This document shows, piece by piece, positions 40,192 through 49,030 of a DNA stretch of 64,000 nt. A model generated the notes under the pieces. It worked only from the letters and a program-made list of their open reading frames with translations, did not search any database and had not been told where the DNA came from. The translations under genes and the position numbers were made by a program. Source of the stretch: an uncultured Acidobacteriota bacterium (lineage in GTDB: Bacteria; Acidobacteriota; Vicinamibacteria; Vicinamibacterales; UBA8438); assembly GCA_913043225.1 (NCBI GenBank), contig CAJWLU010000010.1:32001-96000 (forward strand). The letters run 5' to 3'. Each line of letters begins with the position of its first letter. Positions within the stretch are counted from its first letter, which is position 1.

Positions 40192-40863
40192 TTAGGCGAC
40201 TTCTATCAGCACCTTCGAGGCGGCCTTGGTGCCGATCGTGATGCGCCGCTGCCCCTCCGTCAGCAGCTGCACGCTGTCAGCGGCCGAGTCCCGCGCTTCA
40301 ACCTCGAGCGCCTGACCAGGCTTGAGCCGCTGCGCTTCCAGGAACCGCAGGAAGGTTGCGTCCTGATCGGCAACCCGAGTCACCTTCACTTGGGTGTGCA
40401 GCGGACAGGTCAGCAGCGAGTGATAGCGGTGCGGCGCCATGTCCCCATCAGGAGTCGGGATCGGGTCGCCGTGCGGGTCGACCGAAGGGTGTCCCAGCAT
40501 GGCGTCCATCCGCTCGATCAGGCGGTCCGAGACGACATGCTCGAGCTTCTCGGCGTCTTCGTGCACCTCTGTCCAGCTCATTCCCATGATCTCGACCAGG
40601 AACTGCTCGATAAGGCGGTGTCGCCGGAGGACCATGGCCGCCAGCGCTGTCCCGGCGGTTGAGAGCCGGACACCCAGATACGGTTCGTACTCCACCAGCC
40701 CGGACTTGGCCAGCGCCTTGATCATGGTTGTCGCCGTGCCAGGAGCCACCCCCACTGCGCTTGCCAGCTGACCCATCGGCACCAGTGCCTTGTCGTTCTC
40801 GAGTGCGACCTGTGCCTGATACAGGGCCTTGAGGTAGTTCTCGACGGTGCTTGAAGGGAGCAT
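40192..40863 (-). CDS. DtxR/MntR-family metal-dependent repressor with FeoA-like domain
   Basis: ENYLKALY, RRHRLIEQFL, EKLEH, DPHGDPIP, C-terminal SH3-like domain. Confidence 0.94.
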   Translation of the reverse strand: MLPSSTVENYLKALYQAQVALENDKALVPMGQLASAVGVAPGTATTMIKALAKSGLVEYEPYLGVRLSTAGTALAAMVLRRHRLIEQFLVEIMGMSWTEVHEDAEKLEHVVSDRLIERMDAMLGHPSVDPHGDPIPTPDGDMAPHRYHSLLTCPLHTQVKVTRVADQDATFLRFLEAQRLKPGQALEVEARDSAADSVQLLTEGQRRITIGTKAASKVLIEVA

Positions 40864-40885
40864 CACGGAGCTGTTCGGCGGAAGT

Positions 40886-40941
40886 TTGACATGTGTAGCC
40901 TATTCACCCTATATTTTGATTTCTCAAAATGGAACTGTCAA
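40886..40941. promoter_or_regulatory. Overlapping divergent promoters with a palindromic operator
   Basis: Plus strand TTGACA (40886)-18 bp-TATATT; minus strand TTGACA (40941)-17 bp-CAAAAT; operator ATTTTGA-TTTC-TCAAAAT at 40913-40930. Confidence 0.75.
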
Positions 40942-40949
40942 CGACTCAA

Positions 40950-42029
40950 ATGCAGAACCAGGGAGAGACCGAAAACAGGCACTGGTCACGACGCGCATGG
41001 ATCCGTGCGGCCGGTCTCGGTTCCCTCACCGGGGGCGTCGCGCTGGCCTCGCGAGGGGTCGCTGGCGGTCAGGCAGGACCCGAGGGGTCGGGTCCCGACC
41101 ATCTCGGCAACGCCATGGGGCCGGTCGGCCGCGTCTCGACCGAGTCGTTCGACCCCACGGCCTTTCTCAGAGCCTGGAACTTCTCCGACCTGCCGGCCGA
41201 TGAGCGGGCGCGCTTCTACCGGGAGACCCCACGCCAGGACGGCACGCTCCTCCGCGAGTACGAGCTGTTTGCCGTAGACCGGGAGATCGAGATCGCACCG
41301 GGTGTCTTCTTCCCCGCTTGGACCTACAACGGGCAGGTGCCAGGGCCGACGATTCGCGCCACGGCTGGCGACCGTATCCGGATCAACTTCGTCAACCAGG
41401 GCGCCCATCCGCACACCATCCACTTTCATGGCTGGCACACGCCAGAGATGGATGGGTCGCTGCCGGCCCATCAGGTGATGCCTGGCGATCGGTTCGTATA
41501 CGAGTTCGACGCCGACCCGTTCGGCGTCCACCTCTATCACTGTCACGCTAATCCGCTGAAGCGCCACGTGCATAAGGGACTCTACGGCGCCTTCATCGTC
41601 GATCCGCCTGCCGAGACGCCGCGTCCCCCTGCCGACGAGCTCGTCATGGTGCTCAACGCATTCGACACCAACTTCGACGCCGAGAACGAGGTCTATGCGG
41701 TCAACACCGCGGCCAGCTTCTACATGCACGAGCCGGTTACGGTGCGGGTGGGCGAGCGGGTGCGGATGTATGTCGTCAATCTGACTGAGTTCGATCTCAT
41801 TAACAGCTTCCACCTCCACGCGATGTTCTTCGATGTCTTACGGACCGGGACCACCCTGGTTCCGACTGAGACTACCGACACGATCATGCTGTGTCAGGGC
41901 GAGCGGGCCATCCTGGAGACCACCTTCCGCCACCCCGGTGACTTCATGTTCCACGCCCACCAGAGCGAGTTCGCTGAGCTGGGGTGGATGGGACTCTTCA
42001 GGGCCGAGGAGCGCACCCACAGTGACTGA
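40950..42029 (+). CDS. Tat-exported two-domain multicopper oxidase, type C
   Basis: SRRAWI Tat motif; HTIHFHG, YHCHANPLKRHVHKGL, FHLHA, FHAHQ; start 40950 or 40929. Confidence 0.9.
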   Translation: MQNQGETENRHWSRRAWIRAAGLGSLTGGVALASRGVAGGQAGPEGSGPDHLGNAMGPVGRVSTESFDPTAFLRAWNFSDLPADERARFYRETPRQDGTLLREYELFAVDREIEIAPGVFFPAWTYNGQVPGPTIRATAGDRIRINFVNQGAHPHTIHFHGWHTPEMDGSLPAHQVMPGDRFVYEFDADPFGVHLYHCHANPLKRHVHKGLYGAFIVDPPAETPRPPADELVMVLNAFDTNFDAENEVYAVNTAASFYMHEPVTVRVGERVRMYVVNLTEFDLINSFHLHAMFFDVLRTGTTLVPTETTDTIMLCQGERAILETTFRHPGDFMFHAHQSEFAELGWMGLFRAEERTHSD

Positions 42030-43221
42030 GACGGCGTTATCAGCCGGGACCGGCTTCGCCTGGGGCCGCGCCCTTCTGCCGCTGGTGTTGCTGTCCGGGT
42101 TGCTCGGTCTCATCTACTGGAACGGTCCGGCCGACGCGGTGCGAGGCGAGGACTTCCCACCGGTCGAAGAGCTTGCGTTTCAGCGGGTCGCGCTGGGCCC
42201 AGACGGGATCGTGGCCACCGTGCTGAACGACGGGCCAGACACGGTCACGATTGCCCAGGTGCAGGTGGACGACGCCTACTGGTCGTTCACTTCCGAACCC
42301 GCGGCAACCTTGGGGCATCTTGGGCAGACCAGACTCACCATTCCCTATCCCTGGGTGAGTGGTGACGCGCACGTCGTGCGGATCGTTACCTCTACCGGGG
42401 TGACGTTCGATCACGAGGTCGCCGTGGCGGTGGAGGCCCCGCGTGCGGGCGTCCGGTTCTTCGCCGTCTTCGCCTTGATCGGAATCTATGTCGGAGTGAT
42501 TCCGGTCGCCATCGGCCTGCTCTGGCTGCCGATGGTCGGGCGGATGGAGAAGCGGGGGCTAGACTTCATCCTGGCCTTGACCACCGGGTTGTTGCTGTTC
42601 CTGCTGATCGAGGCCGGGCACGACGGACTCGAGGCGGCCGCCTTGGCGCCCGGTTCGTTCCAGGCTGTCGCCCTGTTTCTTACCGTCACCGGCGCCTCGT
42701 TCCTCGGTCTGGAAATGGTGGGGGCCTGGCTGCGCACCCGGCAGAGCGTACCCGAAGCGGGGCGACGCGGCTGGGTGCTGGCCCTGCTGATCGCGACCGG
42801 CATCGGGCTGCACAACTTCGGCGAAGGGCTGGCCATCGGAGCCGCCTTCGCGCTAGGAGAGGCGGCGTTGGGCACGGTGCTCATTGTTGGGTTCACGCTG
42901 CACAACACGACCGAGGGACTCGCGATCGTGGCGCCGCTGGCCAGGACTCGCGTCCGGCTGGGACAGCTCGTCCGCCTCGGCATCTTGGGTGGCGCCCCGA
43001 CGATCCTGGGTGCCTGGATCGGCGGTCTCGTTTACTCGCCGATTTGGTCGGTGGTTTGCCTGGCCTTGGGGGCGGGTGCCATCGCCCAGGTGATCCTGCA
43101 GCTGGTCAGGCAGACGGCCGGTGAGCAGCCGCTTGGCCGGCATCTGGCTACCACCCCGGTGGCGAGTGGACTACTGGTCGGGGTAGCCGTGATGTACGTG
43201 ACGGGTCTCATCGTCGGATGA
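42022..43221 (+). CDS. ZIP-family metal permease with an extra N-terminal extracytoplasmic domain
   Basis: GIGLHNFGEGLAIG and LHNTTEGLAI; beta-rich N-terminal domain (NDGPDTVTIAQVQVDDAYW); GTG 42022 overlaps the oxidase end. Confidence 0.88.
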   Translation: MTETALSAGTGFAWGRALLPLVLLSGLLGLIYWNGPADAVRGEDFPPVEELAFQRVALGPDGIVATVLNDGPDTVTIAQVQVDDAYWSFTSEPAATLGHLGQTRLTIPYPWVSGDAHVVRIVTSTGVTFDHEVAVAVEAPRAGVRFFAVFALIGIYVGVIPVAIGLLWLPMVGRMEKRGLDFILALTTGLLLFLLIEAGHDGLEAAALAPGSFQAVALFLTVTGASFLGLEMVGAWLRTRQSVPEAGRRGWVLALLIATGIGLHNFGEGLAIGAAFALGEAALGTVLIVGFTLHNTTEGLAIVAPLARTRVRLGQLVRLGILGGAPTILGAWIGGLVYSPIWSVVCLALGAGAIAQVILQLVRQTAGEQPLGRHLATTPVASGLLVGVAVMYVTGLIVG

Positions 43222-43264
43222 GGCGAACGACGTTCGATGGCGAGCTTGGAGATTGAGGACAACG

Positions 43265-43717
43265 ATGGAGCGTGACGAAGAGTGGCGACCGAAGCGGTCC
43301 GGTCGGGGCGATAGTTGGGGCGGATCTCGCGGCGTGGTCGCGGCGGCGGTGGTCTTGGTGTTCGTGGGGCTCTTCCTGCTGCTGCCCCTGGCCGCCACCA
43401 GTACCCCCGTGGCGCGCGAGATCACGCTCGTCACCCGCGACATGGCGTTCTACCTCGAAGGCGACACGCGACCCAACCCCACGATTCGGCTCCAGGCGGG
43501 CGAACGGGTCCGGTTCGTGCTGCGTAACCTCGACCCTGGCATCGACCACAACCTCGCGATCGACGACTGGGGCCTGGCGACTCGTACGATCGAGGCTGAC
43601 ACCGTTACCACCCTCGAGCTCGAGGCGCCTGCGGGGTCCGGTACGCAGAGCTACACCTGTTCTCCGCACCGTGAGATGATGCGCGGCGTCATTGAGGTGG
43701 TCGGCGACCCACGCTGA
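43265..43717 (+). CDS. Membrane-anchored cupredoxin (type 1 copper site)
   Basis: TM helix, HNLAI and YTCSPHREMMRG (His...Cys-x2-His-x3-Met). Confidence 0.82.
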   Translation: MERDEEWRPKRSGRGDSWGGSRGVVAAAVVLVFVGLFLLLPLAATSTPVAREITLVTRDMAFYLEGDTRPNPTIRLQAGERVRFVLRNLDPGIDHNLAIDDWGLATRTIEADTVTTLELEAPAGSGTQSYTCSPHREMMRGVIEVVGDPR

Positions 43718-43744
43718 CGCGGCTGCCGTTGCGACACGGTCACT

Positions 43745-44185
43745 ATGGAGCTCGATACCGACAGCTGGTCGGGTGAGGGTGCGTTCACCCAGGTCCTGGT
43801 CGAAGCCCTGCGCACGATCGACGCCGTGTCGTTCGTCCGGGTCGAGGATGCCTCTTCTTCTCATGCGGACGTCGAGTACAACTTCATTAGCAACGAGCTG
43901 TTCGTACGGTTCCAGACTCGCGAGCGTGAAGTCCGGCAACGTCGGTTCGGAATGATTCCGGTTCGACGACAGGTGGAAGAAGCGGTGATGACTATGAACG
44001 GGCTCGAGCGCGAGCTGGGCGAGCTTGACGACGTTGGTTTGCCGGACTATGCCGATGATGGGATGCTGCAGTATCTGCGGACGGAGCGGATTGTGCCGGC
44101 CTATCAGACCCGTGGCTACAAGCTTGTTGAGCTCGTGCGGATCTACGAGGTTGGCGCGGACCGTCCCGATGAGGCCGAGACATGA
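43745..44185 (+). CDS. Hypothetical protein
   Basis: Clean 146-aa ORF, ATGA overlap with the next gene. Confidence 0.75.
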   Translation: MELDTDSWSGEGAFTQVLVEALRTIDAVSFVRVEDASSSHADVEYNFISNELFVRFQTREREVRQRRFGMIPVRRQVEEAVMTMNGLERELGELDDVGLPDYADDGMLQYLRTERIVPAYQTRGYKLVELVRIYEVGADRPDEAET

Positions 44186-44613
44186 GTGACGTAGCCGATG
44201 TGCGCCAGCGCCTCCAACGGATGATCGAGCAGGCGCGCCAGGAAGCTGCCGAGCGCCGACGGCGAGCTGAGGAGGACGCCGGCACTGCCGAGCGATTCCT
44301 TGAGTCGGTCGCCACGCCGGTCATGCAGCAGGTGGCAAGAGTGCTTCGCGTAGAAGGATTTGAGTTCCGTCTGTCGACGCCGGCCGGTTCGGTGCGGCTG
44401 GTCTCGGAGCGGCAGAAGGAGGACTACGTGGACCTGTCGATCGACGCGACCGCTGATCCGGTCACGATTCTGACCGAGGTGGCGCATGCACGGGGCCGGC
44501 GCGTGTCCAGGGTCGAACGCCCGCTTGCGCCGGACGTTCCGCTTGGCCAGCTGACCGATGAGCACGTCCTTGCGTTTCTGCTGGATGCCCTCAAAGTTTT
44601 CGTGGCGCGGTAA
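44182..44613 (+). CDS. Hypothetical protein with N-terminal coiled coil
   Basis: 143-aa ORF coupled to the previous gene. Confidence 0.75.
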   Translation: MSDVADVRQRLQRMIEQARQEAAERRRRAEEDAGTAERFLESVATPVMQQVARVLRVEGFEFRLSTPAGSVRLVSERQKEDYVDLSIDATADPVTILTEVAHARGRRVSRVERPLAPDVPLGQLTDEHVLAFLLDALKVFVAR

Positions 44614-44989
44614 GAGGGTTAATCCAGAAAGCGTAGCTGACCGGGTAGCGAACCGCGACTCCCACGAGCACGCGTTCGCCAAGGAGAACGCGCACGGCAC
44701 CCAGAACCATCGGTCCGACTGCGACACCCTGATCGATGAAGCTGCCCCGGAAGCTGGATCGGTCCGTGAAGTTCACGAAGTTGCCCGCCTCGGTCTAGCG
44801 CCAGAAGCCCAGGGTTGCCCTGACGCCCACACGCGGTTGCACGCTCGCGATCCGGGTCGTCAGAAAGAGCCGGGCCACGAAATTGAGAGAAACGGTGCGG
44901 GTTTTGAGGTCGAGCGGGAGTGGTCCTCCGCTTGGCGACAGAAAGTGCGCGTAGGCGGCGCCGGCCGTGAGCAGGACCGTGCCCGGCAA
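44591..44989 (-). pseudogene. Decayed outer-membrane beta-barrel fragment
   Basis: Two same-frame ORFs separated by one TAG (44795-44797): VQPRVGVRATLGFWR*TEAGNFVNFTD...AVGPMVLGAVRVLLGERVLVGVAVRY. Confidence 0.55.
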
Positions 44990-45039
44990 CGCGCAGCTAA
45001 GCCGCGTCGTCTCCGAAAGGCCTGCATGCCCTTGCCCCG

Positions 45040-46257
45040 TCAGATCACTTGCGCCTCGGCAAGCGCACCACGAGCGGCAGCGTTGTAGCCAAGCTCCTCG
45101 AGGATTGTGTCGGTGTGCTGACCGAGGGTTGGGGGCGGCGTGCGTACCCCGCCGGGGGTGGTAGCCAGTTTGACTGGCACGCCAAGGACCTGCATTGGTC
45201 CGACCTTGGGATGATCGACGCCGAGCACCATCAGCCGCTCCTGGAGCTGAGGGTCGGTCAGCACTTCAGCAAGATCCCGCACCGAGCCGCACGGGATGCC
45301 GGTAGTCTTGAGCGCCGACAGCCAGTCGGTACGGGTCCGGGTGCCGATCCGCTCGGCCAGCAGCGGGCGCAATGCATCCTGGTTCTCGATCCGCCCTGCG
45401 TTGGTGGCGAAGCGCTCGTCCTCGGCCAACGCTGGCGTGCCGATGACACCACAGAATTTGACGAACAGGTTGTCGTTGCCGACTGCCACCACGATATCGC
45501 CATCTGAGGCGCTGAAGGTCTCGTAGGGCACGATGGTCGGATGCTGGTTGCCCAGTCTGGGCGGCGCTTGGCCGGTGGCGAAGTAGATGCCGGCCTGATA
45601 GGTCAAGACGGCCGCTACTGAGTCCAGCATCCCGACGTCGATGTGCTGGCCCTTCCCGGTGCGCTCGCGTGCCAGCAGGCCCATCGCGACGCCGTAGGCA
45701 GCGAACATACCGGTTACGATGTCGGCGATGGCGACCCCGAGCCGGTACGGGGTGCCGCCGGCGGGGCCGGTAATGCTCATCAGGCCACCCTCGCCCTGCA
45801 TGACCGCGTCGTAGCCCGGTTCAGAGCTGCGCGGCCCAGTCTGGCCGAATCCGGAGATGGAGCAGTACACGAGATCCGGACGCGACGCCGACAGACTCGT
45901 GTAGTCCAACCCCTGACGGCCCAGCGCTCCGGGGCGGAAGTTCTCGACCAGCACGTCGGCTTCGGCGATCAGCTTGTCGAGCACCGCGCGGCCTTCAGCT
46001 TGCTTGAAGTTGAGGGTGATGCTTTCCTTGTTCCGATTCACACTGAGGAAGTAGGAGCTTTCACCCTTCTGGAACGGCGGCCCCCACCCCCGGGTGTCAT
46101 CGCCCTTGCCTGGCTGTTCCACTTTGATGACGCGGGCGCCCATGTCGGCGAGCATCATCGTGCAGTAGGGGCCGGAGAGCACCCGGGTCAGGTCCAAGAC
46201 GGTGAGTCCCGCCAACGGGCCGTTGTTGGTCGGATTGCTCGTCGCGTTGTCACTCAT
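45040..46257 (-). CDS. Family III CoA-transferase (CaiB/BaiF)
   Basis: DLTRVLSGP, GDDTR, NRNKES, ENFRPG, PGYD, PTLGQHT. Confidence 0.93.
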   Translation of the reverse strand: MSDNATSNPTNNGPLAGLTVLDLTRVLSGPYCTMMLADMGARVIKVEQPGKGDDTRGWGPPFQKGESSYFLSVNRNKESITLNFKQAEGRAVLDKLIAEADVLVENFRPGALGRQGLDYTSLSASRPDLVYCSISGFGQTGPRSSEPGYDAVMQGEGGLMSITGPAGGTPYRLGVAIADIVTGMFAAYGVAMGLLARERTGKGQHIDVGMLDSVAAVLTYQAGIYFATGQAPPRLGNQHPTIVPYETFSASDGDIVVAVGNDNLFVKFCGVIGTPALAEDERFATNAGRIENQDALRPLLAERIGTRTRTDWLSALKTTGIPCGSVRDLAEVLTDPQLQERLMVLGVDHPKVGPMQVLGVPVKLATTPGGVRTPPPTLGQHTDTILEELGYNAAARGALAEAQVI

Positions 46258-46311
46258 GCTGATTGTCTCACTCCAAGAATGCTGATCGCGCCGTGAACCG
46301 GCAGCGTCCGT

Positions 46312-47412
46312 TCACTGCGAGAAAGCGAGAGCCAAGCGGGCCAAGCCCTCGGCAAGAGGTGCCGCTGTGCCACCGATGCCGACACGGAGATACCCCTCAA
46401 GATCGAACTGGGAGCCCGGGACGATCAGCACCCCGTGCTCGATCAAGAGCGTCTCGGCAAGTTCAGCGGAACCAACCGAACCAGCATAGCCTATCAAGGT
46501 CACACCACCGGCCCGGGGCGGTGTCTGATGGTAGCCGTCTGTGGATTCGACCCAGCGCGCGACCCGCGCCTGATTGTCGAGGAGAATCCTGCGGGCCCGG
46601 GCCCGCAGTTGCTCCCGTTGATCGAGGGCCAGCTGGGCGAGGCGGTCGCTCAGGGTTCCGGAGACGATCGACGTGTAGTCTCGGCACCCCCACAGCTCCG
46701 CCACGGTGTCGGTCGGACCCACGACCCAGCCGACTCGGAGGCCCGGGAGTCCGTACGCTTTCGAGAGCCCGCTGACCACCAGCGTCCGGTCATACCGACC
46801 CCACGCCGTCTCGGTGAGTGGTCCAGACAGCTCAGCGCCGCGATATACCTCGTCGGCCAGGATCCACGAACTATGCGTGGCCGCGATATCGCACAGCCGG
46901 TCGAGGTTAGCAGCATCGATCTGGCTTCCGGTCGGATTGTTCGGGTTGCTGAAGGCGATCAGGCGGGTGCGGGGGCTGACCGTCTCGGCGACAGCGTCGA
47001 GATCAAGCTGCCAGCCGTCCGGGCCTTCCTCGAGCCAGACCGGGTGGACGGTGGCGCCGAACGAGCGGGCGGTCCCCGCCACCTGCATGTAGTTAGGCTG
47101 GACTACGACGATCTCGTCGCCCGGTTCGATCAGGTGCCAGGCGCAGATGAAGTTAGCCTCGGAGCTGCCGTTGGTGACCAGGATCTCGGCGAGTCCGGTT
47201 CCGGGGTAGAGCGTGGCTATCCGGTCGCGGAGTGCGGCGGTGCCGTTGGTCTGCGCGTAACCCAGCTCGGTCGGTCCCAGGACGTCACCGATTGCGTCGG
47301 TCAGCTCCTCCAGCCGGAGCGGTTTGACACCACTCTCCGAGAGGTTGATCTCCACCTGATGCTCGTGGAGCGACTGCCAGCGCTCGAGGTCGAATGAGGG
47401 GACCTGCATCAC
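46312..47412 (-). CDS. PLP-dependent aminotransferase, class I/II fold
   Basis: NPNNPTG, DEVY, SGLSKAYGLPGLRVGW. Confidence 0.9.
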   Translation of the reverse strand: MMQVPSFDLERWQSLHEHQVEINLSESGVKPLRLEELTDAIGDVLGPTELGYAQTNGTAALRDRIATLYPGTGLAEILVTNGSSEANFICAWHLIEPGDEIVVVQPNYMQVAGTARSFGATVHPVWLEEGPDGWQLDLDAVAETVSPRTRLIAFSNPNNPTGSQIDAANLDRLCDIAATHSSWILADEVYRGAELSGPLTETAWGRYDRTLVVSGLSKAYGLPGLRVGWVVGPTDTVAELWGCRDYTSIVSGTLSDRLAQLALDQREQLRARARRILLDNQARVARWVESTDGYHQTPPRAGGVTLIGYAGSVGSAELAETLLIEHGVLIVPGSQFDLEGYLRVGIGGTAAPLAEGLARLALAFSQ

Positions 47413-48815
47413 TGCGGGTCCTCGTCGTCAGGGTCGCCGAACATGTCCGCCATCTCCGGCGCCTGCAGGGGGCGTGGGGTCCGTTCGACCGTGTTGGTCT
47501 CCGGGATCGGTTCAGCGGCACTGACCCCAAGCTCCTTGAACCGGCGCGCGGTCACCAGGACCCGGGATTCGATGGTTCCGACGGTGCGGTTGTAGGCGTC
47601 CACCGTTCTGGTCAGTCCCTTGGACAGATCGTCGAGATGTCCAGCCAGCCGCCAGATCCGTTCGTACAACTCACGCCCGAGCTGACTGACCGTCTCGGCG
47701 TTTCTGGCGATCCGTTCTTGCTGCCACCCGTAGGCAACCGCACGCAGGAGCGCGATCAGGGTCAGCGGGCTGGCCGGGATTACGCGCTGGTCTACCCCGA
47801 ACTCGATCAGTCCCGGGTCGTGCTTCAGGGCGGCGCTGAAGTAGCCTTCGCCGGGAAGGAACATAAAGACGAACTCCGGTGCCGGCTGGAACTGGGCCCA
47901 GTAGCCCCGGCTGCCAAGCTCGGTCATGTGCGCCTTTACCTGACCGGCGTGCTCCTTCAGCCGGGCGAGCCGCTCCTCCTGCCCTTGACTCTCCACCGCC
48001 TGGCGATAGGCAACATACGGCACCTTGGCGTCGACGATGATGCGTCGCCCGCCCGGCAGCTTCACCACCATGTCGGGGACGAGCTTGCGGTCGTCGGAGG
48101 TGACCGCCGTCTTCTCGGTGAAGTCGCAGTGGTCGAGCATGCCGGCCAGCTCGACCACCCGCCTGAGCTGTACCTCGCCCCACCCACCGCGGACATGTGG
48201 GGTCTGCAGGGCGCGCTCCAGGTTGGTCGTGGCGGTCGCGAGCGTCTGCAGTTGCTCGCCGAGCCTGGAGTTGGAGCTCGCCCTGTCGCGTTCCACCTCC
48301 TGCAGCTTCGCTTGGACCTGACCAAGGGTGTCCTGGAGTGGCCGCACGAGGTTGTCGATCGACTGCTGCCGATGGTCTAGGTCCACTGTCGCTTGTTTCT
48401 GTAACTCGCCGAGCGCGGTCTTCGCCAGTTGCAGAAACGACTGATTGTTGGCGCGCAGCGCCTCGGCCGAGACTGCCGCGAACGCCTCGCGCAGTGTCTG
48501 CTCCGCCTGTTCGAGCAGTCGGACCCGCTCGGCCGTGGAGCGGCGTTCGCCGTCGAGTTCGGCCGTCGCCCGGATCACCCGTTCGGCCAGCTCGCTGGCG
48601 TGCTGCCGGGCCTCGCTCAGTTCCCGTTCACGCTGGGCCAGATCCTGTTCGAGCTGGTTCACCCGTTTGCCGATCTCCTCCGCCCGGGCCCGGGCGGCGG
48701 CGGCCTGTGCGGCGGCCGACGTGTTCCCACCGCCAGTTTTGGCGAGGAGCCAGCCCGCGGTCCCTCCGACCACAAGGCCAAGGGCTAGGCCTACGAGCAG
48801 CGAAACAGTGTCCAC
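47409..48815 (-). CDS. rmuC: DNA recombination protein RmuC
   Basis: TM anchor, coiled coil, RGGWGEVQL, PDMVVKLP...DAKVP, FMFLPGE. Confidence 0.94.
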   Translation of the reverse strand: MDTVSLLVGLALGLVVGGTAGWLLAKTGGGNTSAAAQAAAARARAEEIGKRVNQLEQDLAQRERELSEARQHASELAERVIRATAELDGERRSTAERVRLLEQAEQTLREAFAAVSAEALRANNQSFLQLAKTALGELQKQATVDLDHRQQSIDNLVRPLQDTLGQVQAKLQEVERDRASSNSRLGEQLQTLATATTNLERALQTPHVRGGWGEVQLRRVVELAGMLDHCDFTEKTAVTSDDRKLVPDMVVKLPGGRRIIVDAKVPYVAYRQAVESQGQEERLARLKEHAGQVKAHMTELGSRGYWAQFQPAPEFVFMFLPGEGYFSAALKHDPGLIEFGVDQRVIPASPLTLIALLRAVAYGWQQERIARNAETVSQLGRELYERIWRLAGHLDDLSKGLTRTVDAYNRTVGTIESRVLVTARRFKELGVSAAEPIPETNTVERTPRPLQAPEMADMFGDPDDEDPQ

Positions 48816-48949
48816 GTCGAGGTCCTCTATTCGTCCGGGTGGGCGGACCGCCGAGCCGGTCGCTTAGCTGGCCGGATCCGGTCACGGTCGTGACGCGTCC
48901 CACAGTGTAACTCGCCGTTGCGGCGTGTTTGGCCTCTCCGGGGGAACGC

Positions 48950-48978
48950 TTGAAGCACGACCTCCCGCGGCATAACAT
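48950..48978 (+). promoter_or_regulatory. sigma70-type promoter of the sulfur-relay operon
   Basis: TTGAAG-17 bp-TAACAT. Confidence 0.5.
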
Positions 48979-49030
48979 GTACGGTTCGGACTCTGACCGC
49001 CATCGTGTTCATACCAGGACAGGCCACGCG

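Noticed and set aside
40950..42029. Copper nitrite reductase NirK
   Set aside because: Four HxH motifs indicate a trinuclear cluster, which NirK lacks
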